NCBI GenBank assembly: GCA_001821935.1
Contig: MHOU01000012.1
Coordinates: 54,070 to 114,783 of the forward strand
Source of the DNA: Candidatus Staskawiczbacteria bacterium RIFCSPHIGHO2_02_FULL_43_16
GTDB lineage: Bacteria > Patescibacteriota > Minisyncoccia > Minisyncoccales > Staskawiczbacteraceae
Direction of reading: 5' to 3'
Length of the DNA stretch: 60,714 nucleotides
Made by a program: the position numbers and the translations under genes. Below are positions 27,848-34,729 of the stretch, piece by piece. The notes under the pieces were generated by a model. That model saw only the letters and a program-made list of their open reading frames with translations. It was not told the DNA's origin and did no database searches. Within the stretch, counting starts at the first letter, position 1; each line of letters begins with the position of its first letter.

Positions 27848-27933
27848 CTAGGGTTTAGGGGTTAGGGTCTAGGGTTTAGCCGTAACGCCATGTTGCGTTT
27901 TTACTATACCCTATACCCTAGACGCTAGACCCT
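27848..27933. repeat. TAGGGT-type palindromic hairpin repeat, copy A (abuts clpB start)
   Basis: Arm ctagggtttaggggttagggtctagggtttag, core ccgtaacgccatgttgcgtttttact, inverted arm ataccctataccctagacgctagaccct. Near-identical to 46151-46235 and related to 42392-42476. Confidence 0.8.
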
Positions 27934-28101
27934 TTAAACATCTGACATATTACTTTTTATATTATAACAAACCTCCAATTAATTCAATTAGCAGTTTACC
28001 ACAGAGACTGCTAACTTTGCAAGCACCTTCATATTCCGCGCCAAAAATCCCGGCAAAAAGGCCAACGCAAAAAATTGCACCACCGTCAACTAGGCCTAAG
28101 C

Positions 28102-28129
28102 CCCCATCACCAGATGGGGTTCTTTTTTT
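28102..28129 (+). terminator. Plus-strand-oriented intrinsic-terminator-like hairpin overlapping the RT1 stop codon
   Basis: ccccatc-acca-gatgggg followed by ttcttttttt on the plus strand. No annotated plus-strand gene lies upstream. Confidence 0.4.
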
Positions 28130-29180
28130 AGAAAAAGTGCTCGCCCAACGCCTCAATGACTTTTTCTCCTAAGCTGCAAGAATCGCAGTGCTTTAACATT
28201 CCATAATATGATTGCAGAGTTTGGTGAAACGAAGATGCTGATATTTTTTCTTCTTTAAAATCGGCTATTTTGGCGTTTAATTTCCTAAACATCCGATGGC
28301 CGGTTTTCACGCGCAACATTTTATGGTGCGGAAAGCTTACATAACCCAAAAAATCAATCCCCTGGTGATATTTTCTGATTTCAATTTTATTGGGATGCAA
28401 AGATAGTTTTAAATTATCCCGTAAAAACGTATCAATCTTTGGAATTAATTCCTTCAGATATGCCACGTTCTCCGACAAAATAACTAAATCATCACAGTAT
28501 CTGATGTAGTACTTTATTTTTAGAGTACGTTTTATAAACTGGTCCAATTCGTTTAAGTAAATATTGGCAAAAATCTGGCTGGTAACATTGCCCAAGGGAA
28601 GCCCCTTGGCAAAACTACTGATAATCTCTTGCAGCAGCCAAAGGACATTTTTGTCACCTATCCGTTTTTTAATCAAATCCATCAAAATATCCTGGTCAAT
28701 GGAATCAAAAAACTTTTTGATATCGCATTTTAAGACAAAGCAATTGCGCGTGTTATTTTTACCAGCTTTATTGGCAAATGCACTAAGCCGGTTGACTGCC
28801 CGATGGGTTCCTTTTTCATCTCTGGATGAGTAAGAATCAAAAATAAAAGATTTGTCAAAAATAAGATATAGCTTTACAAATATCGCGTGGTGCAAAACCC
28901 GGTCTCTTACGGTTGCTTTGTTAATGGCGCGCAGTTTCGGGTCTTTGACGTAAAATGATTCATAGGGCGCGTGGTGATAGATTTTCTTTTTTAATTCTTC
29001 ATGAAGGGCGCGAATTGCTCTTGCATGCTCTTTTTCAAAGAGTATAACATCAAGCTTTTTGGCTTTCCCTTGTTTAAAATAATCCCACGCTGAAAGCAAA
29101 TTTTTAAGCGAAATTATTTCACTGAAAAGATCAAGGCTTTTAACCCCCCCCCCAATCAGTTTTTGGTTTTGAGTATCCAT
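28128..29180 (-). CDS. DGR reverse transcriptase (RT1)
   Basis: RT motifs CDIKKFFDSID, LPLGNVTSQIFANIYLNELD (the SQ signature of DGR RTs) and YIRYCDDLVIL (YxDD). A TR lies directly upstream with a matching VR. Confidence 0.9.
   Translation of the reverse strand: MDTQNQKLIGGGVKSLDLFSEIISLKNLLSAWDYFKQGKAKKLDVILFEKEHARAIRALHEELKKKIYHHAPYESFYVKDPKLRAINKATVRDRVLHHAIFVKLYLIFDKSFIFDSYSSRDEKGTHRAVNRLSAFANKAGKNNTRNCFVLKCDIKKFFDSIDQDILMDLIKKRIGDKNVLWLLQEIISSFAKGLPLGNVTSQIFANIYLNELDQFIKRTLKIKYYIRYCDDLVILSENVAYLKELIPKIDTFLRDNLKLSLHPNKIEIRKYHQGIDFLGYVSFPHHKMLRVKTGHRMFRKLNAKIADFKEEKISASSFHQTLQSYYGMLKHCDSCSLGEKVIEALGEHFF
29144..29153 (-). repeat. G10 homopolymer in codons 10-13 of RT1 (in frame, encodes GGG)
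   Basis: There are 10 consecutive C on the plus strand. The minus strand reads att ggg ggg ggg gtt. Confidence 0.9.
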
Positions 29181-29198
29181 GTTTTTAGTGCGCTATTG

Positions 29199-29228
29199 CC
29201 GCCAGGCGCAACCAAGCGCCTGGCGGCG
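29199..29228 (-). promoter_or_regulatory. GC-rich 12-bp hairpin in the TR1-RT1 spacer
   Basis: gccgccaggcgc-aaccaa-gcgcctggcggc lies between the TR 3' end (29246) and the RT start (29180). Confidence 0.6.
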
Positions 29229-29245
29229 CCCCCTTTACTTAGAGA

Positions 29246-29360
29246 CTTCGGAACGGGCGCGCCAGTTATCATTGCGATTGTCGGGATTGGCGTAGTTGAC
29301 GTTGAACTCGTTGCCGTTGAGATTGGTGTTAGGAACATTGCCGTCGGAGTACCGGGAGCC
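29246..29360 (-). repeat. DGR-1 template repeat (TR1)
   Basis: 115-nt gap-free alignment to 29652-29766. By my count all 24 mismatches are at T on the plus strand, which is A on the minus strand, in the TR. The minus-strand frame is rich in AAC/AAT codons (SRYSDGNVPNTNLNGNEFNVNYANPDNRNDNWRARSE). Confidence 0.9.
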
Positions 29361-29598
29361 CGTTATATTATCTAATTTTATCCGTATCACCGGCAGTTCA
29401 AAAATGTGAATGCCTGGGTTATCTGTGTCCGTCGCACAGGAGTCTTCCGAGCCCGAAGATGCTCGAGAAAATTAGACAAGCAGTTTCCTGTGGCCGGCGA
29501 GGGAAACCAGCCACGGATGCAGTATGGCAAAAAAACAGCGCGAATTCAAGATGGCTTGAAAGCCAATCTTAAACTCGCGCCTTAATTGCTCGTCCTCA

Positions 29599-29618
29599 CC
29601 CAGCCTTGCGAGGCTAGG
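29599..29618 (-). promoter_or_regulatory. Short hairpin with 4-nt loop just 3' of VR1 (candidate DGR target-recognition hairpin)
   Basis: cccagcct-tgcg-aggctagg has an 8-bp stem with one mismatch. It lies about 34 nt beyond the VR 3' end. Confidence 0.35.
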
Positions 29619-29634
29619 TTCGGCCGAGCAACCC

Positions 29635-30432
29635 TCACGACGAGGAAAGCTCTGCGGAACGGGCGCGCCAGCCACCACCGCGACCGACGGGACTGGCGCA
29701 GCCGACGCAGAACTCGCGGCCGTGGAGATAGGCGTCAGGAACACCGCCGCCGGAGTACCGGGAGGCGGGACATAGAGTGTAGTTTTTCACATCCAAGTGA
29801 TTGCCACTCTCATCCCAGCACTTCAACTCGTGAAGTATTCTCTCAATGATGCCCTCAGTCGAAAGCTTGTTGTCCCAGAAATGCCGGGCTGGGAGGTTTT
29901 TGTTCTCCTCGTCGGCTTCCACCCGGTCCCGAACCAAAAGGGCGTACGTACCGTTTTGCGGGTGGCGGTCGTGGTTGGGAATGGCCGCATCCAGATTATT
30001 GGCGTATCGCCAACACTTGAAGTTGGCTTCGCAAACGCTGTACAGCCAATTAAGCGGCTGGACCCTGGATTTGGCATTACCCGTTTTCCACGGCTCCGCC
30101 AATTCCCGCGGGACGATGATCAGGCGGTCAAACCCCTCCTTATGCTGAGGAATTTTGACGCCACCCAAGTCCAGCTTGAAACCGAAATACTTCTTGAAAA
30201 AGTCCTCCTGTTCCTGGAGTTGGCGGTCAAAGGGCGTAAATGCCATGGCCACCACCTGGACTTTAGCTGGCGGCGCTTGGACAATGGCCGACCGTTCAGT
30301 GGGCGCCAGCTCGCCACGAACAAATTGCTCCAGACTCTCAAGAGAGATTTTCTTTTCGCGCATCTTCTTGAGCAGATCCATTTGCAAACCAGCCAATTTG
30401 GCCGCGTCTGCGTCGATGAAGGTGTTCATCAT
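29635..30432 (-). CDS. DGR-1 target (variable) protein
   Basis: 265 aa from the ATG at 30432, which is preceded by AGGAGA. The VR occupies the last 40 or so codons. No signal peptide is recognisable. G+C is visibly higher than in neighbouring genes. Confidence 0.8.
   Translation of the reverse strand: MMNTFIDADAAKLAGLQMDLLKKMREKKISLESLEQFVRGELAPTERSAIVQAPPAKVQVVAMAFTPFDRQLQEQEDFFKKYFGFKLDLGGVKIPQHKEGFDRLIIVPRELAEPWKTGNAKSRVQPLNWLYSVCEANFKCWRYANNLDAAIPNHDRHPQNGTYALLVRDRVEADEENKNLPARHFWDNKLSTEGIIERILHELKCWDESGNHLDVKNYTLCPASRYSGGGVPDAYLHGREFCVGCASPVGRGGGWRARSAELSSS
29652..29766 (-). repeat. DGR-1 variable repeat (VR1) at the C-terminus of the target gene
   Basis: Counterpart of TR1. Encodes SRYSGGGVPDAYLHGREFCVGCASPVGRGGGWRARSA. 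The shared GC-rich 3' end tggcgcgcccgttccg is IMH-like. Confidence 0.9.
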
Positions 30433-30466
30433 TTTCTCCTGAATCAAAAACATAGACCGCCGAATT

Positions 30467-30520
30467 AGCAGTCATAGCCATAAAACACTGATTTTTCAGT
30501 AGCTTATGGCTATGACTGCT
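30467..30520 (-). promoter_or_regulatory. 17-bp perfect hairpin in the 5' leader of the DGR-1 target gene
   Basis: agcagtcatagccataa-20 nt-ttatggctatgactgct ends about 25 nt upstream of the SD. Confidence 0.5.
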
Positions 30521-30622
30521 TTCCCTCGTATATTCATCTGTAAAAGGGCTGGCTGTAGGCTCATTTGAGCCTTTCATAACTTAATCATATCACAAGCAAG
30601 AACCATTGTCAATAACAACCAC

Positions 30623-30647
30623 AAAAACACCGTTTTCTGGTGTTTTT
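30623..30647. terminator. Intrinsic terminator of the upstream coiled-coil gene, insulating DGR-1
   Basis: aaaaacacc-gttttct-ggtgttttt, with T-runs on both strands. Confidence 0.6.
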
Positions 30648-30690
30648 TCATCTATAACTTTAAGTCAAAACGCCTGTCAGATTCCTCGCC

Positions 30691-31050
30691 TTAACTCTTT
30701 TTTAACCGTAAATCAACTATTTCTTCCACATCAGCCACTCGAGATTCCAGATTATCAAATTCTTCTTTACGCACTACATCAACCGCATTCAAATTTATTT
30801 TTTGAACTTCTTTGTGAATTTCTTTGATATTTTTATCCAATCCGTCAATTTTTTCGTCAAATCTTTTGATAATTAAATCCTGAGTGCCTTGCAAAGCAGT
30901 TTTCACCATACCCGCCATAGATTCTTGATTGGCTTCAAGTTTTTTACCCACACTTTTCAATAGGGATCTTTGATTCTCCTTGAATTTAGTATCAAGAATG
31001 TCCACCAGTTCCTTCCTTGTAAAAGTGTTATTTTTTTGTTTTTTCATCAT
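30691..31050 (-). CDS. Small coiled-coil protein, unknown function
   Basis: 119 aa from MMKKQKNN with a heptad-like charged sequence. The longer ORF start at 31116 is considered unlikely. Confidence 0.45.
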   Translation of the reverse strand: MMKKQKNNTFTRKELVDILDTKFKENQRSLLKSVGKKLEANQESMAGMVKTALQGTQDLIIKRFDEKIDGLDKNIKEIHKEVQKINLNAVDVVRKEEFDNLESRVADVEEIVDLRLKKS

Positions 31051-31148
31051 CAGAGAAAAATTTAAAATTATGTTTTTGCAAAAATTCCAGAACTGGCTTG
31101 TTACAATTACATGCACTTATTATACGCCCCGAAAAACCCATGTCAAAT

Positions 31149-32423
31149 TTACTGCGGGCGTTCGGCCAGCACTGCCTCAACCATGATTTCTTTGCTATCA
31201 CGCAAGATTTTTAAGGTTACCCTATCCCCCGGGCTATAGGTTTGGGTTAGGCTGGCCAAGGAAACTTGCTTGCTGATTTTTTCACCATTGATTTCCAAAA
31301 TCACATCTTTTTCTTGAATGCCCGCTTTGGCCGCGGGAGAATCTTTAATGACAAACGGCTCGCCATCATCGCCCTTCAAAACCAAGGCGCCATAATCAAC
31401 CGCCAAATCGTGTTCTTCTTTTACTTTTTCATCAACCAGCACATAACGCACCCCCAAAAACGGATAGGTGATTTTATTGGTCTTGATGACCTGTTCAATA
31501 TCGCGCTTGGCAATGTTGATAGGAATAGCAAAACCGATGGTTTGAGCGCCCTGAGCGGTGGCGGTATTGACGCCAATCACCTCCCCTTTCAAATTGATCA
31601 ACGGCCCGCCGGAATTACCTTGATTGATGGCCGCGTCGGTTTGGATAATGTTTTCCAGCGTTTCAGAAAACCCCTGGCTACCCGAGGCAAAAATGGTCCG
31701 GCCCAAACCCGAAATAACTCCCACCGAAACCGTGTTGGAAAACTGCCCCAACGCATTGCCAATGGCAATGGCGCCCTGGCCAATCTGGATGCCATCGGAA
31801 TTGCCCAGTTTAATGGAGGGGAAGGTGCCGGCTTCTTGGATTTTTATAATCGCCAAATCCTGCACCGGATCTAAGGCCAAAACCTTGGCCGAATAGGTTT
31901 TGCCATTGTTGGTAATGACCGCGTACTGGGCGGCCTTGTCCAACACCACATGCTTGTTGGTCAGCACCAGCCCGTCTTGTGAAATAATAAACCCGGAGCC
32001 CGCGCCGATTTCTTTCAATTCCGTGCCTTTTTGCACATATTCGGGAACCTCAAACCCAAACGGGCTACCAAAGCCGAAGGGGTTGATCATCCGCTGTTCA
32101 TATATGGGCATATTTTTTGAAATGACAATGCTGACCACCGAAGGCGAAGCAGACGCCACGGAATCTATCACCGCTTGTTCATAAGAAATAGGGGAAACAT
32201 ATTTTTTATCAGAAGCTGTTTCTTGCAAAGCTTGCTCCAAACCGTTTTGGGATGTTTTAAACAGTATGCCGTAGCGGTTTTGGATTTTTTCTAAAGAAAG
32301 GCCGCCCGCCGCGAAAGCCGCGGCGATAATAATGATAGCCACTAAAACCACCCCTTGGGTTATTTTATTGCGGGCTATTTTTTGGGCCTCATCCTGAATA
32401 TTAAAATCGGGTAGTTGATACAT
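31149..32423 (-). CDS. htrA: HtrA/DegP-family serine protease with PDZ domain
   Basis: N-terminal TM segment, TNKHVV (His), DLAIIKI (Asp), GNSGGPLIN (Ser) and a C-terminal PDZ-like region. Confidence 0.9.
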   Translation of the reverse strand: MYQLPDFNIQDEAQKIARNKITQGVVLVAIIIIAAAFAAGGLSLEKIQNRYGILFKTSQNGLEQALQETASDKKYVSPISYEQAVIDSVASASPSVVSIVISKNMPIYEQRMINPFGFGSPFGFEVPEYVQKGTELKEIGAGSGFIISQDGLVLTNKHVVLDKAAQYAVITNNGKTYSAKVLALDPVQDLAIIKIQEAGTFPSIKLGNSDGIQIGQGAIAIGNALGQFSNTVSVGVISGLGRTIFASGSQGFSETLENIIQTDAAINQGNSGGPLINLKGEVIGVNTATAQGAQTIGFAIPINIAKRDIEQVIKTNKITYPFLGVRYVLVDEKVKEEHDLAVDYGALVLKGDDGEPFVIKDSPAAKAGIQEKDVILEINGEKISKQVSLASLTQTYSPGDRVTLKILRDSKEIMVEAVLAERPQ

Positions 32424-32425
32424 AG

Positions 32426-33112
32426 TTATTTAAAGTTATTTTTTTCAAGAGTGTAATCTAAAAGCATCTGAAATATCTTTACCCACATCTTAGGACTCTT
32501 TAAAAACTTGCTGCTTTGCGCGCCCCCACTACGTTCTAAGTTAGGAATAGACACTTCAGCAATTCTGAAATTATTTTTAACCGCATTGATATTCATCTCT
32601 GTTTCAATATCAAAATCGTTACTTTTAAGCTGTAGCCGATCCCAGTCCCGGCGTCGAATCGCACGGAACCCTGCCAAAGGGTCAGACACATTCAAATTCA
32701 ATACTTTGGAAATGGGCAAGGCAATGAAAGAATATATTCGGAAAATGTTACGCATTTTTTCTGACTCGCCTTCAATCTTCAATAAGTTATGGCAACCTAA
32801 TACCAAATCCGCATCTTCCAAAGCATCCAGCATCTTAGGAATATAACTACCCGGGTGAGTTCCATCACCATCCATAAATACTAAAATATCACCCTTGCTC
32901 TTCTTTACAGCTAAGCGCATCTGATAACCTTTTCCCTTCCGATCAGCCCTAATAACCTGGGCGCCAAGACTGGTGGCGATTGTTGGCGTTTTGTCAGTAG
33001 AAACATCAACTACAAGCACTTGGGCATCTTTTTTAATACTGGCTGGGATGGAGTTAATAGTACGCGCAACTCCCTCTTCTTCATTGAGAGTTGGAATAAT
33101 AATGCTAATCAT
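32426..33112 (-). CDS. Glycosyltransferase family 2 (dolichyl/polyprenyl-phosphate sugar synthase-like)
   Basis: MISIIIPTLNEEEG..., VVDVSTDKT and FMDGDGTH (DxD). The start is at the ATG at 33112. Confidence 0.8.
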   Translation of the reverse strand: MISIIIPTLNEEEGVARTINSIPASIKKDAQVLVVDVSTDKTPTIATSLGAQVIRADRKGKGYQMRLAVKKSKGDILVFMDGDGTHPGSYIPKMLDALEDADLVLGCHNLLKIEGESEKMRNIFRIYSFIALPISKVLNLNVSDPLAGFRAIRRRDWDRLQLKSNDFDIETEMNINAVKNNFRIAEVSIPNLERSGGAQSSKFLKSPKMWVKIFQMLLDYTLEKNNFK

Positions 33113-33809
33113 TTTTATAGTGATTAAACTTGTAATTAAATATGCCAGACCTGACCGGCCCAATGAATATCATGTGCAACTGACATAAAAAAAATTTCCC
33201 GCCTATTACCAACCAACCATCTTTTTTAAACCTTCTGGTTGAAACAGAAACTTCTGCCGAACGAATAACCCCAAACCTTGAAAATTTAGAGCAACGCCTG
33301 GCAAAATCATGGTCTTCTGCCAATGTGATAGATTCATCAAAACCATTAATTTTACTGAAAAGCTCTCTCTTCACAAGTATCCCCATAGCGGCATGCGGTA
33401 AAATATTTTCCAAAACTACCATCATTTTGTTGTAAAACATATTTATTAAAAAGTATTCAAAACGATTCTCCGGATAAGGCCTTAGACAAAAACTGGCAAT
33501 ATCTAACTTCCTCTTACTGAATTCTCTTAAAGATTTTTCAAAAAAGTTTTCTGGCAACACCGTGTCGGCATCCAAAAAAAACAGCAACTCACCCTTGGCC
33601 GCCTTGGCACCGTTATTGCGACCCTTGGCCGGCAAACCGCCTTCTACCACCCTACAACCATGTTGTTTGACAATATCTAATGTTTTATCCTTAGATTTGG
33701 CATCCGCCACAATGATTTCATAATCGTGGACGTGTTGCTTTTTAATAGAATCCAAAAGTAGCGGCAGGCATTCTTCTTCGTTTAACGTGGGAATGATTAT
33801 AGAAAGCAT
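33105..33809 (-). CDS. Glycosyltransferase family 2
   Basis: MLSIIIPTLNEEECLP, IVADAKSKDKT and FLDADT (DxD). The start is at the ATG at 33809. Confidence 0.8.
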   Translation of the reverse strand: MLSIIIPTLNEEECLPLLLDSIKKQHVHDYEIIVADAKSKDKTLDIVKQHGCRVVEGGLPAKGRNNGAKAAKGELLFFLDADTVLPENFFEKSLREFSKRKLDIASFCLRPYPENRFEYFLINMFYNKMMVVLENILPHAAMGILVKRELFSKINGFDESITLAEDHDFARRCSKFSRFGVIRSAEVSVSTRRFKKDGWLVIGGKFFLCQLHMIFIGPVRSGIFNYKFNHYKND

Positions 33810-33813
33810 TAAA

Positions 33814-34716
33814 CTATAAAACCAAAATGACCAGCCCAAAAATTATGAGCAATATGGCTATTGATTTTTGGATAACTATTTTCCTTGATATCCTCTCTTT
33901 CAGTATATTAGGGAAAAAAGAAGAAAAAAACAAGGTGACTAAAAAAATAAAAACATACTGAATACCACGTAGCGCATTAATAATTGCCAAACTGGAAACT
34001 GGCACCAAAGATATCGCAAATGTTTGGGAAAAGGCAGCTAATCCTCCGACCAGTTGAGTAAAAAGCACCAATAGTAAAGTTTTTTTACCGGGAGCTGATT
34101 GTTTGCCAAAAGCTTCTTTTTTAAAACCCGGGATAAACAAGAAGGTTAAAACCAGCAAAAGATTGCAAATTCCAATCCAAATGGTCCCCTGTAAAAATGT
34201 TTGCCGCAAAAAAACCATTTTAATAAACACTAAACTCAAAGCAACTAGCAAGGCAGTGACTAACGAAAATGTTAATAGTTGCTTATTGGGCGCTAGCTTC
34301 TTTTCAAAAGAGATTATGATGCTAGCCAACAATAAAATGGAAAAAGCCAATATATTATTAAATGTTATGGCTCTAACCCCCCAGAAAAACCAACCTAAGA
34401 ATAACACCAAAATCGGCTGAACAGCACCTACAATGGGTACTACGCGAGAAACATCAAACTTAGCTACAGCAGAATAAAGCATGTACAGGCCCGCAACAGA
34501 AACTAACGATGTCAGGAAAATCCAAAAAAAACTTACTACATCGGGAATATGAAACCCCGCAAAGGGAATCAGTATTATCGCCAGCGAACTTAAAACTCCC
34601 ACGTAAAAAGTATATAACTTAGGGTTCGGAGAACGGTTTAACACCAGCTTATCTCCAAAAGAAGATAAACCAAAAAGTAGGTAAGATGCGATAACGATAA
34701 CGAGCCAAAGTAACAT
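33814..34716 (-). CDS. EamA/DMT-family membrane transporter
   Basis: 300 aa with about 10 TM segments. The N-terminus ...FGLSSFGDKLVLN is EamA-like. Confidence 0.6.
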   Translation of the reverse strand: MLLWLVIVIASYLLFGLSSFGDKLVLNRSPNPKLYTFYVGVLSSLAIILIPFAGFHIPDVVSFFWIFLTSLVSVAGLYMLYSAVAKFDVSRVVPIVGAVQPILVLFLGWFFWGVRAITFNNILAFSILLLASIIISFEKKLAPNKQLLTFSLVTALLVALSLVFIKMVFLRQTFLQGTIWIGICNLLLVLTFLFIPGFKKEAFGKQSAPGKKTLLLVLFTQLVGGLAAFSQTFAISLVPVSSLAIINALRGIQYVFIFLVTLFFSSFFPNILKERISRKIVIQKSIAILLIIFGLVILVL

Positions 34717-34729
34717 GGTCGTAAAAAAA

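Noticed and set aside
27848-27879. TTAGGG/TAGGGT-like tandem units resembling telomeric repeats or a CRISPR array
   Set aside because: The units are internal and only about 30 nt long. They are always paired with an inverted ACCCTA arm to form a hairpin. There are no unique spacers of constant length and no cas genes, so this is neither a telomere nor a CRISPR array.
27962-28156. 64-aa minus-strand ORF between RT1 and clpB
   Set aside because: It overlaps the RT1 3' end, has no SD and has Gly/Leu-rich composition. The region is better explained by hairpins and a possible small RNA.
28128-29180. RT1/RT2 as retron, group II intron or Abi/UG defence reverse transcriptases
   Set aside because: Both are flanked by a TR with a cognate adenine-mutated VR and carry the SQ-containing motif 4 typical of DGR RTs. 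There is no maturase/X domain, no intron RNA domains and no msr/msd-like arrangement immediately upstream.
29156-29744. ORFs 29156-29338, 29163-29375, 29472-29744 and 29586-29849 in the DGR-1 TR/VR region
   Set aside because: These are alternative-frame or antisense translations of the GC-rich TR and VR. They overlap the RT start or the real target frame and show repetitive T/S/P or R-rich composition.
29797-30468. 223-aa plus-strand ORF antisense to the DGR-1 target gene
   Set aside because: This is a mirror ORF typical of GC-rich coding DNA. The minus-strand frame carries the VR at its C-terminus, which fixes the true coding strand, and has an SD plus ATG.
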